The notes: a model not told the origin generated them from the letters alone. DNA of 64,000 nt from an uncultured Nitrososphaerales archaeon (GCA_963709405.1 CAVPXM010000013.1:32001-96000); one strand, 5' to 3'; shown: positions 22,389-35,185, counted from the stretch's first letter. Translations and numbers: made by a program.

Positions 22389-22994
22389 TATGGCCTAGCC
22401 TAGCCTGCGTCTTCCGCACTATTACATACATCTACTGTATTACCTGCCACAGATAGACATCCTTTCATAAATCCTCTCTCGTATGCGCTACCACATGTAC
22501 CTGAATGTACCCTGATTGAATGGATCATTCAGACCATAGTTGATTCCTTGTTGGAAACAAGAGCCATGTACTTTTCTTGCGTTGATGTTGTTCTCCGGCG
22601 AAAAGATCAATAGCACTAATGCTAGTTTAAGATCACGACAGATTTCATTATTACAGTTCTGTCTTTCAACCATCGTCTATACACCTGTAAAAAAATAGTT
22701 AGCCTGGATTAAAACATTAATCATGGAAGGGACCAAAAGTACACGGGACTCCGTTTACGTCAATACTTACACTATCTTCTCGATTTGTGTAGGTTAATTG
22801 GCTCGTTTTCTTACATTTTGCTATTACTGCATCTGACATGGCCGGCCCTACCACAATTGCTGCCTACTAACGCTGCTAATGCTAATTCTATTACAAAGGA
22901 TATTGTTTCAACCTATCACTTTTATAATATATGCATAGTGTTGAACATTTGCCCAATTAATTTAGAATAAGAAATATGTGACTACGATGTGTAA

Positions 22995-23622
22995 GCACAT
23001 CCTGTTCTTTATGCTGAAAGCATATTAGATAAAGGTCATCCTGAACAGATATCAGTGAAGGAAGCATCAAAAGATCCTGTCTTTCAGACTTTGGTTGGTG
23101 GCAACCTGACTCAGCTTCCTCTCAACCAGACTAACGTTACTGACAATCGCAAAGGTACATTACCTGAACAAAACAACACGAATAATGATTTAATTAGTAT
23201 TGAAAATCAGCTTAAGCCTGCACTTGTAAGAGTATATGAAAATGATACATCTCCAAATGCCTCACTGCTGTCAGCCAAATGCATAAACATCTTTGGTTGC
23301 CCTAGTTATGGAAAATCGTTTTCTGCCCTGGGTAGTGTCAATAGCATGATAGGGAACGTGACTTCAAATATCGGTATCCTGATACTCGTAGGAAAAAATG
23401 ATAGCCAAACCCCCACTTGAACAAGCGTCGCTGTTACAACAAAGATTAACAGAAGTAAATCATCCTGACCATCTAATGATTGTCTTTCCAGGTCTTGGAC
23501 ATACATTTGTCCCTTCCAATCAATGGATAACCTCACACGGTCAAATGGAAGAATATGTATTTCAGGATATATATGAATGGCTCACATCTCCCGCAAGAGA
23601 GGTCAATGAAGAGGTACGGTAA
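22995..23622 (+). pseudogene. Alpha/beta hydrolase C-terminal fragment
   Basis: ILILVGKNDSQTP and FPGLGH catalytic D/H motifs; paralog of the hydrolase at 10.2 kb. Confidence 0.7.
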
Positions 23623-24034
23623 AAAAACGACCTTGGCACTAAAGATATCAACTATTCGATATCTTTCATTGAGAATAATAAAGTGGTACAATGATGTAGA
23701 GATAGTCGAACTAGAGCAACACATGGTTCTGGCCCTGATGTTACAAACATAAGACAGATAGACAAAGACTTCAAAGCGTTATGGCCTTTTACTTATAGAA
23801 TAGTTAACGAATCTCGAGAGACGATCCAGGTTGTTGATAGGAATCCAGATAATCTACTAATGAAATGGATTCCTGATACTTTAACACCAAAGGAATGTAT
23901 TAAACGATTAATTAAGAAACGAACTGGATTATGATGTTAACCATGGCTAATGGCGTCTTTTAGAAATAAAATATCTATATACAATCCACTAAGAATATTG
24001 TTTATTAGATAGTCCAGTATTCCTCAGTAACGTA

Positions 24035-24790
24035 TTGATATACAAGACAAAATGGACGGCAATAAAATCAGTTTTTAGTCTTATTGCGCTGTTGATGTTA
24101 GCAACTCTCATAACAGCAGCAACCTCCATTCAGACAACGTTAGCACGGCCAATAATGGGCGATAGTAATATGAGCATGGCAAACGGTAGCGGCGCTGGAA
24201 TGGATTCTAATCCTATGAGCTTTGCAAACAACATGTTCAATGCATCGTCTCTATATGGTTCTGTCGGTATAAGCATGGTAAACGGAGTCAAAGTGACATC
24301 AATAAATCTTTTAGGAAATAATGAAATATCTGTAACATTGAGACATTTGGCAACGGCAGATACAGCTACTGCTAATAACGTAAATGCAAGCACCATGTCA
24401 TCACCGTCACGTGTTACAGTTACCGCAATAAGAGCACCACTGAATCTTAAAGATCTCATGGCACTCGCTTCAGAATCCAGCAAGATGATGGCACATAACA
24501 CCAATAATACAATGAGTAACCCAATGATGATGGGTGGGCCTCTGCAAGGATTTGGAGGAGCAAATAATGGCACAAACAACGTTAATCCATTGTCTTTCGT
24601 AACTGATCTTCAAATAGGCAGCAGTAGTACATCAGCTAATGCAGATTGGAGTTTACCGCAAATAGTTAGAATGGGATTGACAGGTATGATGGGCAGTACT
24701 AATACTAATAGTTCCACCGCATCTACTGCTGATTTCATTATAGTAACAGTAATTCCATATACTGGCAAATCGACTAGCCCAGCTGGATAA
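24035..24790 (+). CDS. Secreted Met/Asn-rich protein
   Basis: N-terminal signal/TM segment, many Met residues, intact 251-aa ORF. Confidence 0.7.
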   Translation: MIYKTKWTAIKSVFSLIALLMLATLITAATSIQTTLARPIMGDSNMSMANGSGAGMDSNPMSFANNMFNASSLYGSVGISMVNGVKVTSINLLGNNEISVTLRHLATADTATANNVNASTMSSPSRVTVTAIRAPLNLKDLMALASESSKMMAHNTNNTMSNPMMMGGPLQGFGGANNGTNNVNPLSFVTDLQIGSSSTSANADWSLPQIVRMGLTGMMGSTNTNSSTASTADFIIVTVIPYTGKSTSPAG

Positions 24791-24849
24791 TCAGCGGTGG
24801 ATTACACTCATTATTTTTTGCCTCTTTCGTGCTTCATTCATTGAAGTAC

Positions 24850-25357
24850 ATATAATGCAAGACAGCAAACAGCAAAACTGTTGGCAAATGCCGCATTCGG
24901 AGTTTATGGAAGTCCTAATTTCAAATATGCTAATTATAAGGTGGCTGAGACTATCACAGCAGCTGGCTGGATAATTGACGAGGATATGATAAACCTCTGT
25001 TCTGAAGAACGATTTGGATTTGAAGTGGTCTTTGGGTTTACCGATGGAATTTTAGTTAAAAATGCTACCATTGAGAAAATTAATCAGTATATCAAGGAGG
25101 CTGAACAAAAACTTGATGTTGAAATTGAACACAAAAACGGATTCTTAAATACATTGATATTTCCACAATTAAATAGATATTTAGCCCGGAGTGGTAGACC
25201 AGATGAAAAACCCATATTAAAGAATATTGATGGCATGAATAAACGCTCTCCAAAATGGGTTCAAAAATATATTGAAAAAATTGCCACATGTCTTATTACT
25301 AATCCCAGCCGTGAGCAAATCCTGAAATATACTTTTAGCATAACGCATAGTTTATAA
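24850..25357 (+). pseudogene. Fragment of a divergent family B polymerase (mobile-element type)
   Basis: AKLLANAAFG (motif B) and FGFTDG (degenerate motif C). Confidence 0.7.
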
Positions 25358-25503
25358 AAATAGTGGGCTATAACAGAAGTGAACCATGATTATATTGACT
25401 ATTCAAAGCTATAACTCAAAAATGAATTATAAGCAGCAGTTATAAAAGAAAACTAGATCTGCCTATCATAGAATAAGTATGAGCCAAATACTTCTATAAA
25501 TTA

Positions 25504-27000
25504 ATGAGGAAGGAAAACTATTCATCCCGTTCTAATGAGAGCAACAAACCCAGAAAACAGAGAGCACTTGTTCTTCAGGGAGGCGGAACACTTGGAGCAT
25601 ATGAAGCAGGCGTTTTAGAGATATTATGCAAGACCCTATCTGAAGAAGACAAAGAAAAGAATAGAAAAGATGGATTATTATTTGACATTGTCGCAGGGGC
25701 GTCGATAGGTGCTATGAATGGCGCGGTACTTGTAAGTAATTTCCTGAATACTCATAGTTGGGAAAAAGCTGTAGAGAAACTTCAAAAATTTTGGACAGAC
25801 CAATTATCTGTAAAACAAATGGATGTCAGTGAAATAAGTAAACCTTGGTATAATAAATGGAAATCTAGAGTGCCAAAAGTAGCTTCTCCAGAAGGAGCTA
25901 GATGATACTATTCAGTTAAAAACCTGCTTCTTAATAATGTAGGAAACAATGTATATTATCTTTTGGATCCTATCGAGGACGAGAAATTTTTTGATAATTT
26001 GTACCAAGAGTGTGGTCCAAACACGGATAACCAAGGTTGTAAAGATCCAAATTGTAAGAAACCAAATTTTCTGAATAATTATTGGCTAGTTCATAGCTCC
26101 GAGCCATTACAAGAAAGTATCGAGAAATATGCTAATCTTCCAATACTGACTGATTATAATGACAATCAGCCTCCTGAAGGTGTTACTGTAACATTTGATA
26201 GTTATCCTAAAGCAGATGGCTCAAGAAAGTCAGAGTATAAAGTCACAACTAACCAAAAAAAGAAGGAATTAGTAATCAAGTACAATGACGGCATTGGCAT
26301 TGAACATATTATGGCAAGTGGCACAATCCCAGAATTCTACAAGTATGCGCAGATTCCTATCAATTCCACAGGCAGCCAAAAGGATCAAGACTCAACGAAT
26401 AAGCTTGCAAAAACTAGTGAAAATAAGGATGGAGCGCGTTACTTTACTGATGGAGGGGTATTAAATAATACTCCTTTTAGAGAACTCTTGAGTGCCCATC
26501 GAGAATATTGGAAAGATGTAAAAAAATAGATGAAATTCCAGACCTTGATGTATATATAGTAAATGTCCATGCTTCCAAAGTGGATAATGTTCGCGAGGAT
26601 TATGATGGTGTGAGGGAAAGACACCTTGACCTAACATATTGTGACAGAACATCACATTATGATGAAGAGAACGCACATCTGATATCAGACTACGCCAGTT
26701 TTTGTAACCAATTGAAGGAGCTTGTAGATTATGCTATAAATCAGACGACTGATAAAAACCAGAAACGAGTACTGAAGGATAGAGTCAATGGAATATTGTT
26801 AACAAAAACCTGCAATGAAACTGGTCTAAGTCACCTAAGAAAGTATGAGGACCTTCCTGGAAATGCATTCAATCTTAATGTAGCTTACGAATAGAGCGTG
26901 GTAGCCACATTAACGATGGTAACAGTAAAACAGGTGATTTAACACTTGAAACTATAAATAAACTAATAAAAGAAGGAAAGTGTGACTCATGGTTCTCAAT
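25504..27000 (+). pseudogene. Patatin-like phospholipase
   Basis: LQGGGTLGAYEAG, GASIG and TDGG; stop codon and frameshifts. Confidence 0.85.
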
Positions 27001-27022
27001 AAGTAACTGCCTATAATGAATA

Positions 27023-27609
27023 GTGGTAACAATAAATCTTTCTTCTGAGGACAAGAAGGAGGGAATAATAATTAGAAAAACAGATTCGACTCCATTTAAG
27101 AAGCAAGTAGATTGGCGTCGGAATAAGGTCCTAGAGTTACTGGTACAAGGTCAAAATCAGTATGACATTGCAGAGGTTCTTCAAATCAGTCAACCCACAA
27201 TAAGTGGAGATGTACAGTCTGTGAATCAAAAGCCAAAGAAGAAATCAAATTACATATCAATGAGAAATTACCAGAGGAATACCAGCGATGCCTGACAGGA
27301 ATTAATCAGGTATTAAAGATTGCATGGGACATGGCCAATAAACTCCCCCAAGACAGCAGACTAAAACTTCAAGCATTATAATTAGCAAATGATTGTTACA
27401 AATACAAAATGGATTTACTCACAAATGCCTCTGTGTTAAGTGATGCAATCAAATTTGTAGAGAGCTCTAAAGACAAACTGGAAACCATAAAGTCAGATAC
27501 TCGCCCTGAGGAACGACGCGAAGATAATATTATCACTAGGAATAACAAAGATGACGTTCAAGGACCTACAGAAGATACTACAAGAGATAACACAAACCAC
27601 AAGAGATAG
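27023..27609 (+). pseudogene. HTH protein, probable terminase small subunit-like
   Basis: WRRNKVLELL..GQNQYDIAEVLQISQPTISGD; directly upstream of a terminase-like fragment. Confidence 0.55.
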
Positions 27610-27619
27610 CACTTTTTAG

Positions 27620-27915
27620 TATCTAAAAGGAAAAGAGTTTTGGATTTGGAATTCTGAACAGCATAGATTAGAGGACATAAGAACCAACGGAGACTGTTGT
27701 TTTAACCACATTATAGGGCTTCCAAAGAAGAATGGGATGGAAAAGCCTCTCTATGATTACGAGAAGATAATCTTCGACAACTTGCAATCACATAAACACA
27801 TATGGATAAAAAAGCTACTGGCTTAGGTATCACTGAGTTCTTTCTACGGTACATTGCATGGATTTGCTTGAGAAACAATGAATATCAAGGCTCTCAGATC
27901 TGTATAGTAACAGGT
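27620..27915 (+). pseudogene. Terminase large subunit N-terminal fragment
   Basis: CCFNHIIGLP, PLYDYE, HIWIK-ATGLGITEF (Walker A-like), ICIVTG; truncated by an IS5 end. Confidence 0.65.
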
Positions 27916-28059
27916 CGGTTGTAGAAAGAACAAATTCACGGCACAACAGGTTCAGAAAACTTTTGGTTACATATGAAAAGAAGTTAGAAAACTATTTTGC
28001 TTTAGTATGTTTAGGCTGTTGTATTGTTATCTACAGGAGGATAATTTTGGGATAGGCTC
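27916..28059 (+). mobile_element. IS5-family right-end remnant
   Basis: VVERTNS..NRFRKL and terminal ATTTTGGGATAGGCTC followed by TAA, same family as 12593-13584. Confidence 0.85.
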
Positions 28060-28635
28060 TAAGCTAATTTGACTATTACTTTGAATTGGCTGCGCTACTA
28101 CTATTTATGCTCCTTGATTCGGTACAGACATTGCACCCATCATTGTACCCTTTCATAAACTCATTTGTATGAAAACTTGGGCCTTTACCTGGAGTATCTA
28201 AATTTGGATGTCCTCAGGCTTTTGCATTAGAACATCCATGACTATATCCTGAACTGTATGGCGATGTAGCAGATGGATGGAAGCTGATTTTCAGTCTTTT
28301 ATTAGTAGGCTAGATACTATATGCTATTTCGGATGGGAGATTTGCCACTTGGGACCAAGTGCTTGCAAAGGTCCTTACTCACAAAATATGTACATCCCGC
28401 CTTCTAAATTCAAATTCTAAAAGGGAGAGAGAGAGAGCAGAATAAGCATACTTCGCTTCGCCATGTAAAGTCGTGAACCTAAACGCTTAATTGGATATCG
28501 ATAATTGCATTCCTTGAAATACGGTTAGCTCAGATAAATTTTTCTTTGTACTTGACATTATATAAACAACAAAAAAGTGTATTGCATTGCATTCCTACTG
28601 GTTTAATTATGGCTACCTAAAATATAGTAGTAAGC

Positions 28636-29166
28636 TTGAAGACTAGTAACAATATCATAAAGAAGGAGAGAATGCTCGCTATACAATAATGATGAAGATA
28701 TAGTTTTTGAATACTTTAGACTTATCAAAAATAAAGATATTGAACGCCTGATGAATTTATTCTCTCCTGATGCAATAGTTTATGAGCCATTCAGCAAATT
28801 AAGAGGAGGACTAAAAGGCAAACAAGCTATTGAGTCTTTTCTTGATATTGTAATCATGGCCAATGATGAGCTGCAATATAATATTATTATTGAAAATACG
28901 TCAGATATGAAAAAAGATCCAATATGCATGGTAATGATAATCAGGATAACATAGGTAACAGTAGAAATATCTTTGGCATGAAGGTTATTAATGCACTGGT
29001 ATTCTTTGAAAAAGGAGGTTCGCTAAGAGCCAGATTTACCTTTGAACTAAGTTCGGATGATAATATTTACCATGATGATAATTATAATGATAATAACAAT
29101 AATCGTGATACTAACTTAAAATATAACAACAAGATAACGACTTTACATATTCAGTTCATTAAGTAG
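28636..29166 (+). pseudogene. NTF2/SnoaL-like protein, frameshifted
   Basis: EYFRLIKNKDIERLMNLFSPDAIVYEPF..LKGKQAIESF. Confidence 0.65.
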
Positions 29167-30502
29167 CTGCCGTCTTTTGTTATAGCTTTACTACTTCTTT
29201 TAGTGTGTATATGAATTTATTTATTTGTTTATTTCATTAACAAATGGCCTCATCCATAAAATTACCTATATGGCATTGTAGGTGCTATCTTGTTCAAAGC
29301 AGATATTACTTTATTTAGGCTTTTACCGGAACTTGTCAATACCAGAAGTACTTGATGTTTGTCTCCTCCAGCTGTTGAACCCGCACCACGCAGACTTGTT
29401 TACAAAGCCCATTTTACTCTACATACTAAATGTTAATGCAGTATGTAATCATCCTAACAATTATATGATTAATAAGAACTAAAATATTCGATGCAAATGT
29501 TGCGAAACGAAGTATCTTAACCATTTAGAAGCGAAGTAGCGAGGTGTGGACATACCTGATCCAAGTTTATGCCTCAGTATCTTAGATAGATAAGCGATTT
29601 ATAGATGAAAGCTACAAAAACTATGATTGCGCCTTATTTAACCAGTACAGATTTTATTCTAGAGCAAGAAATCGATGGCATAAAATTGTATTCTTAGTTT
29701 CCTGATGGCAATATGTCAGTAATGGAAGAGTACAGCTGATGCCTCAGATACACATTTTGTGTTTATTTTGCATATTTAGATTTGATTATATTTCTCTCAA
29801 TGGATTTAGTAATAAATGATGTCACACCTTATGACTAGAAACCATCATCTAGAAATCGAAGGAGGCATACTTGCCAGTGCAAGTCCAGGAGTAGCAAAGA
29901 ATGTGACTGGTTACGATGCTAGGATTAGCTCCAGACGCCGGCAATGTCATACATTATTTTTTGCTCTGTAAATCGTGTTTTTGGTGTGCATCTTACATCA
30001 ATTACACATCTAATATGGTGAAGATCAACTTCAGCTGATAAAATTAGAACGTGCCCATTGTGTATGGATGACAGCATAGATCCCATGCCGCTATCATAGC
30101 ATGAACAGTACTTCTTTAACTATTCTAAGAAATCGGGAGTAGTTTTAGAATTTAAAAGATAGCCATCATGTATTTATCTTAATCAAATTTTTTTGTGATA
30201 ATCATAGATCAACCGGATATTTTTTACAAGTGTCTCAAAGGGCTAACAATTTATCTGCACTATTGGCACTAACAAAAAACCGGCGGTCTCAATATGATGA
30301 TACTAGAAGTCAATGGTATTCCCGGATATTTAATAGTGTCAACTGCCTCTGATTTATGATCAACGAGAAAGTGATTAACGATAAGAAGATGATAGAGCAC
30401 ATAAAACCTATTACAGCCAAATACTACGAAAACAAGCTCCTGAAAATGCATCAGTAGATGAAAAAAGTTTTAATTCATATCATATCTTTATTTCCTTGGT
30501 CT

Positions 30503-31060
30503 TTAATTCATATCTTGCTTTGAAACTATTGGATCATATAGTCCAGAAGACATGAAAATGTGTTTCTTAGTAAGATCTGGCAATGTTTCTGGCACAAGTG
30601 GTACCGTAGCACGAAAAAGAATAGCAGAAGAGAGTATTTCTGGACGAAGTAATAGCATACTGGCTGCTATGTTTGCACCATTAGAATACCCTACAGCTAT
30701 TACATGCCGCAAATCAAAGTCATAAGTTTTCGATGCATCATTTACAAAATCTGCTAGCTCATTTGTACGGAATTTCAAATCCTCTATATCAAAAACTCCT
30801 TCTGCTAGTCTGCGAAAGAATCGGGGTGCAATGCCATTTTCCAATACTTTTCCTCTTGGACTTAATATTGCTGCTCTCTGATCTAGTTCGTACACCAATG
30901 GAATTAGATCTTGTTCGTTTCCGCCAGTACCGTGAAGTAAAAGAAAAGTTGTAAATGCTTTTCCTTCTGTTGCTAGTTGTCTTGTTCTCTCTTCGCACTC
31001 TTCATTTTTTGGAGGCATAAAACTGTGGATGAAACCAAGTTTAGTTTTCTTCTTATCCAT
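30503..31060 (-). pseudogene. MhqD/YodD-like carboxylesterase, C-terminally truncated
   Basis: LLHGTGGNE, RFFRRLAEGVFD, GYSNGA; the catalytic His region is missing. Confidence 0.8.
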
Positions 31061-31092
31061 TTTTAGCTTTAATTCCCTTTATTATCAGATTG

Positions 31093-31614
31093 TTATTTTT
31101 TGCTTAACACTTGCTCTTTTTCTTTTTTATGTGGTAAATGTGCTGGCGGTAGAACTCTCTCAAGATCTTTACGTACTGATTCAAGCCATTTGGGTAATGT
31201 CAAATGTGTTCCAAGTTCTTCTGCCTTTTCATCTATTGTAAATCCTGGTGGATTTGTAGCAATTTCAAACAGTACCCCACCTGGCTCACGGAAATATACT
31301 GAGTGAAAATAGGTACGATCTATAACAGGTGTTGCGTTCAGACCGGCTTTCACTATTTTATCGGGTAAAGCTCTTTGTTGTTCATCAGTAGGTGTGCGCC
31401 AAGCTACATGATGTACTGTTCCAACACCCATCATCCCATATCGTGTATTTGGCAGGCAAAGTACATCTATGATATTAGATCCATGATAGTATTCCTTGCT
31501 ATTGTTTCGATTAGCATCATCATCTTTAGCTGTGCTAATTTGGAAGCGAAAACGGCTTCCATCTTGACCTGTGAGCTTAAACCCTAATTCATTATTCAAG
31601 ATATAACAAAGCAT
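31093..31614 (-). pseudogene. Ring-cleaving dioxygenase (MhqO-like VOC), C-terminal half
   Basis: GTVHHVAWR, DRTYFHSVYFREPGGVLFEIAT. Confidence 0.85.
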
Positions 31615-31705
31615 CGATAATTATAATACGTACATGTTCAAAAATTACAATAATCATCACTAGACCACTGATAAGTCCATAAAGGATGATGTTGTAAAAG
31701 ATTCA

Positions 31706-31984
31706 TTGTCAACAGCAACAATAGCAACTAATAATGATAAAAAATTAAAGACAATAAACCCAGCCACTGAAGAGGTTCTTAATGAGTATACAATAATTAG
31801 CAAAGAGCAATTAAACGATGCAGGAAAAAAATCAAAAAATGCGTTATTAGAATGGAAAGAAGATATTGATAAGCGTGCAGATTTCCTATATGCGTTTGCT
31901 AAAGAACTCAGGAAGAATAAAGAAAACCTAGCCAAAACGGCTACACAGAAGATTGGATCAATCTTGAACGTCCATCCATGCTAA
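31706..31984 (+). pseudogene. Aldehyde dehydrogenase N-terminal fragment
   Basis: TINPATEEVL...RADFLYAFAKELRKNKENLAKTAT, then truncated. Confidence 0.75.
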
Positions 31985-32056
31985 ATAATCGAAGACTGAA
32001 GGATTGATTGAGTTTGATATAACTATTTATAATCTGGGCTATATAGCCAATTATCA

Positions 32057-32329
32057 ATGTCAGCTGCTGAAATGAGTAACAGGATAGAAAGAAAGAGAAA
32101 ATTGGAAGATCAGCTCAATAATAAAGTCTCAAACGAATGGAGTGACTTGGTTAAGAAATCAGATGAATATATGAAACAAATGCAGGAAAAAAATCGCCTT
32201 TATTATCAACAACAATTAGATAAAGAATTAGATGATATGGAAAAAGAGATTAACTCAGGAAACGTCGTAGCTGCAATGTATCATCGCTATGCGGCTGATA
32301 GCTACTTAAGATTACTTAACCTACTATGA
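32057..32329 (+). CDS. Hypothetical helical protein
   Basis: Clean 90-aa ORF preceded by TTTATAA. Confidence 0.55.
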   Translation: MSAAEMSNRIERKRKLEDQLNNKVSNEWSDLVKKSDEYMKQMQEKNRLYYQQQLDKELDDMEKEINSGNVVAAMYHRYAADSYLRLLNLL

Positions 32330-32989
32330 TTTGTTTAGATAATTCTAAATGATTTGCTATTTTTACTGATATCGGGTAATTAGAGAAACTTCCATAATGA
32401 ATCGGATAAGATCAAGTTCGTTTAAATAAATGAGAAAAGTTTGATATGTTGTGTAGTCTCTAAACTAACTCTCTTCTCTTCTTTAGGTCTTTGAATGTCA
32501 CCAAATTTATATGAATCTAAATTTAGCTTTAACTCTCACTCACAATTAATTTTAATAGTAATAATAATAATAACCATCGGAAGCTTTGTAAGGATATTTG
32601 ACAATCCATCCTAATTGAGTAAGCTCCTTTTTTATGTAATCATAAGCTTCATTGTGTGTATCATGAAACTTTGGCATCGGAATAGTTCACTTGTATTTGA
32701 AGCGTTTTCTATTAAAGTAATGATAGCTTATAGACAATATCATTGATTTGAGAATTCATTTAAATAAATATGTAGTATGTCGAAAAAATCACAAATGTCT
32801 TTGATACAGACCATATTCTGTATCTAACTGATATATAAAAAATGCTATCAGAGAATAGGTTTTACAATATACTCTAACAAAAGTCATCAACTCTTCATTC
32901 ATTTAGAGAATTGAAGCTACTATCTCTGATCTTGGTTATCCAGACTATTCTGAGTATTTCATACGGCATTCTGGTTCCACATACTGGCG

Positions 32990-33240
32990 TAAAAAGGATT
33001 CAGAAAAAAGCAGAGATATTTCGTGAAATTGAACCCTATCTAACGTTTCTAAATGTTCACCAGCTAGAAAGCCAGGGCGCAGATATCCAGACTAACGTAG
33101 AAGAATTAGAGCAACTGAATCAATCAATGAGAGACCGTGATAAAATGAAAGATGATGCGATAGCACACTTTGTCAGACCAACTTGTGGCTATAACGGGAA
33201 GGTTGCATGAACTAGAGAGAAGACAAATAACAGCATAGAT
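32990..33240 (+). pseudogene. Integrase-type C-terminal tail fragment
   Basis: KAEIFREIEPYLTFLNVHQLESQGADIQTNVEELEQLNQSMRDRDKMKDDAIAH. Confidence 0.55.
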
Positions 33241-34005
33241 ATTTTGCCAATAGGAGTCACAGAAAACAAACAAAGAACTACAATGACAATAATAGTAAAC
33301 GTCAAGTGATAATTGACATCTGTTACTGTGGCCATAAACACAATTCTCATTATTCAGATGGACCATGTTATTTTCCATTATTTCTGTTGGTTAATTTAGA
33401 AGCAAAATTGCTAAGTAGTCGAAATAATTTCGCACGCATCTGGGTTGGGTATTGAACGCCTCCTTGCCATTCTTTTATCTTCACCTTTAAAAGGAAAGAA
33501 CCTGAAGAAAAATTTTTCCCTCAACCTTTCAGTGACCTGTTACCATAGAATATTATCCAATAAATAGCACTACCCAGCAACTTAAAAGCCTCTTTCGTCT
33601 TCCTTTTCCTGTGAAGTGACGTACATTCGTTATGTGACAAATTGTATATTCTTTGGAATTTTCTGCAGATCGGTTTTTGCAATATCTTCTTTTCCACATG
33701 TCAAATAGTTTCTTCTGATTTTCAAAAGTTGATAAATGAATTGATTGCTAAAGTGGCATCTCAACGTATAAAATTCAAAACATGCTAAAACAGTAACTAT
33801 TGAAGGACTTGCTAAATCAGCCTTTCTTTTGTATTTGTTATTGCATCCATAATATCTTGCTTATCCTGTTCTGTCATACCTTCAGCAATGAGGTACTGCG
33901 ATAGCCATAGCTTTCCATTTCGTATCGCTTTGCTGCTGTAAAAGTAATTAGTCGCCCATTACTAAAAAATGGTGGTCTGAACGTCCTCTTATATCCTGAG
34001 GCATT

Positions 34006-34076
34006 TTGGGAAGGGAGAGGATAGTATGGGTTAGTACGGTATTTTACCTATTGAAAGCTCCTCTCCCTGCCTCCAA
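34006..34076. repeat. Nested inverted repeat/hairpin upstream of radA copy B
   Basis: Perfect AGGGAGAGGA / TCCTCTCCCT stem plus an inner stem with G-T pairs. Confidence 0.75.
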
Positions 34077-34089
34077 CTGGCTTCTTCTG

Positions 34090-34121
34090 TTATATGCAAG
34101 TCAAGGGAATTGATGCATCAA
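34090..34121 (+). promoter_or_regulatory. Putative TATA box and perfect palindrome TTGATGCATCAA of operon B
   Basis: TTATATG at 34090 and 12-bp palindrome at 34110-34121, just before ATG 34135. Confidence 0.55.
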
Positions 34122-34134
34122 GCCAACAAAAATC

Positions 34135-35184
34135 ATGTCCCATGTTAGTGATTTGCAGCTAGAAGATTTGCCGGGAGTAGAACCCCATTTAATAAATAAG
34201 CTAAAACGAGCTGGCATACAATCGGTTTTAGATTTAGCTGTATCTATCCCACATGAGCTTGCATTAGGAGCAACAGAGTATGATAGTGGTGATCGTGGCG
34301 CAGTTACGGCTGATACAGAGACTATATCAGATGCAGTTTTAAAAGCCAAAAGAGCTCTCATTGAGTCCGGCGCACTTATCAAAGAATTCTGTACTGCAGA
34401 TCAAGTCCTAGAGAAAAGGAAATCCCTTGTCAGATTTACGACGGGTTCTAAAAACCTGGATGATTTTTTGGAAGGAGGAGTAGAATCTCAGGCTATAACA
34501 GAGCTTGCTGGAGAATTTGGTTCAGGAAAGAGTCAGATATGTCATGCATTATGTGTGACTGCTGCTAAAGCAGAAAGTAGCAGTCATATCAATAGTATAA
34601 TATTTATCGATACTGAGAACACATTTCGGCCAGAAAGAGTTCACCAGATAGCTGAAGCTAGAGGCCTTGATTCAGAAGAAATAATGAAAAAAGTGTTTGT
34701 TTGTAAAATAAATAATAGTGTTCAGCTAGAAGCCCTGATAAGAAACCTTGGCAAGGCCATAGAAGAGTACAAAGCCAAACTTGTTATCGTTGATAGCATC
34801 ATTTCCCTTCATAGGGCAGAATACACCGGGAGAGAAACGTTAGCTGATAGACAGCAGAGACTTAATATCATGTTACATAAACTCTTGCGATTAGCAGAGA
34901 TATACAATGTAGCGGTAGTTCTCACAAATCAAGTTCAGTCTTCACCAGATAGTACTTTTGGTGGCAGTAATTCCCTGAGAGCTTCGGGGGGTAATATCAT
35001 GGGCCATGCTTGTACATATAGAATTTTCCTTAGAAAAATAGGACAAGACAGATTAGCAATAATGGTTGATTCTCCCCTTCATGCATATGACCAAGTTAAA
35101 TTTACAATTAGTGAAAAAGGAGTAGAAGATGCTGAAGAGAAAAAAATGGCAGCAACAGTAGAAGGTAATGAGTTAGGGTGGTAA
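34135..35184 (+). CDS. radA: RadA/Rad51-family recombinase paralog, copy B
   Basis: GEFGSGKSQ, DTENTFRPER, LVIVDS; close paralog of copy A. Confidence 0.92.
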   Translation: MSHVSDLQLEDLPGVEPHLINKLKRAGIQSVLDLAVSIPHELALGATEYDSGDRGAVTADTETISDAVLKAKRALIESGALIKEFCTADQVLEKRKSLVRFTTGSKNLDDFLEGGVESQAITELAGEFGSGKSQICHALCVTAAKAESSSHINSIIFIDTENTFRPERVHQIAEARGLDSEEIMKKVFVCKINNSVQLEALIRNLGKAIEEYKAKLVIVDSIISLHRAEYTGRETLADRQQRLNIMLHKLLRLAEIYNVAVVLTNQVQSSPDSTFGGSNSLRASGGNIMGHACTYRIFLRKIGQDRLAIMVDSPLHAYDQVKFTISEKGVEDAEEKKMAATVEGNELGW

Positions 35185-35185
35185 A

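Noticed and set aside
22009-22431. Long antisense ORFs in the GC-rich islet, and similar shadow ORFs elsewhere
   Set aside because: They lie opposite recognisable genes and have no motifs.
23640-23960. Possible upstream part of the degenerate PolB
   Set aside because: Similarity is too weak to support by eye.
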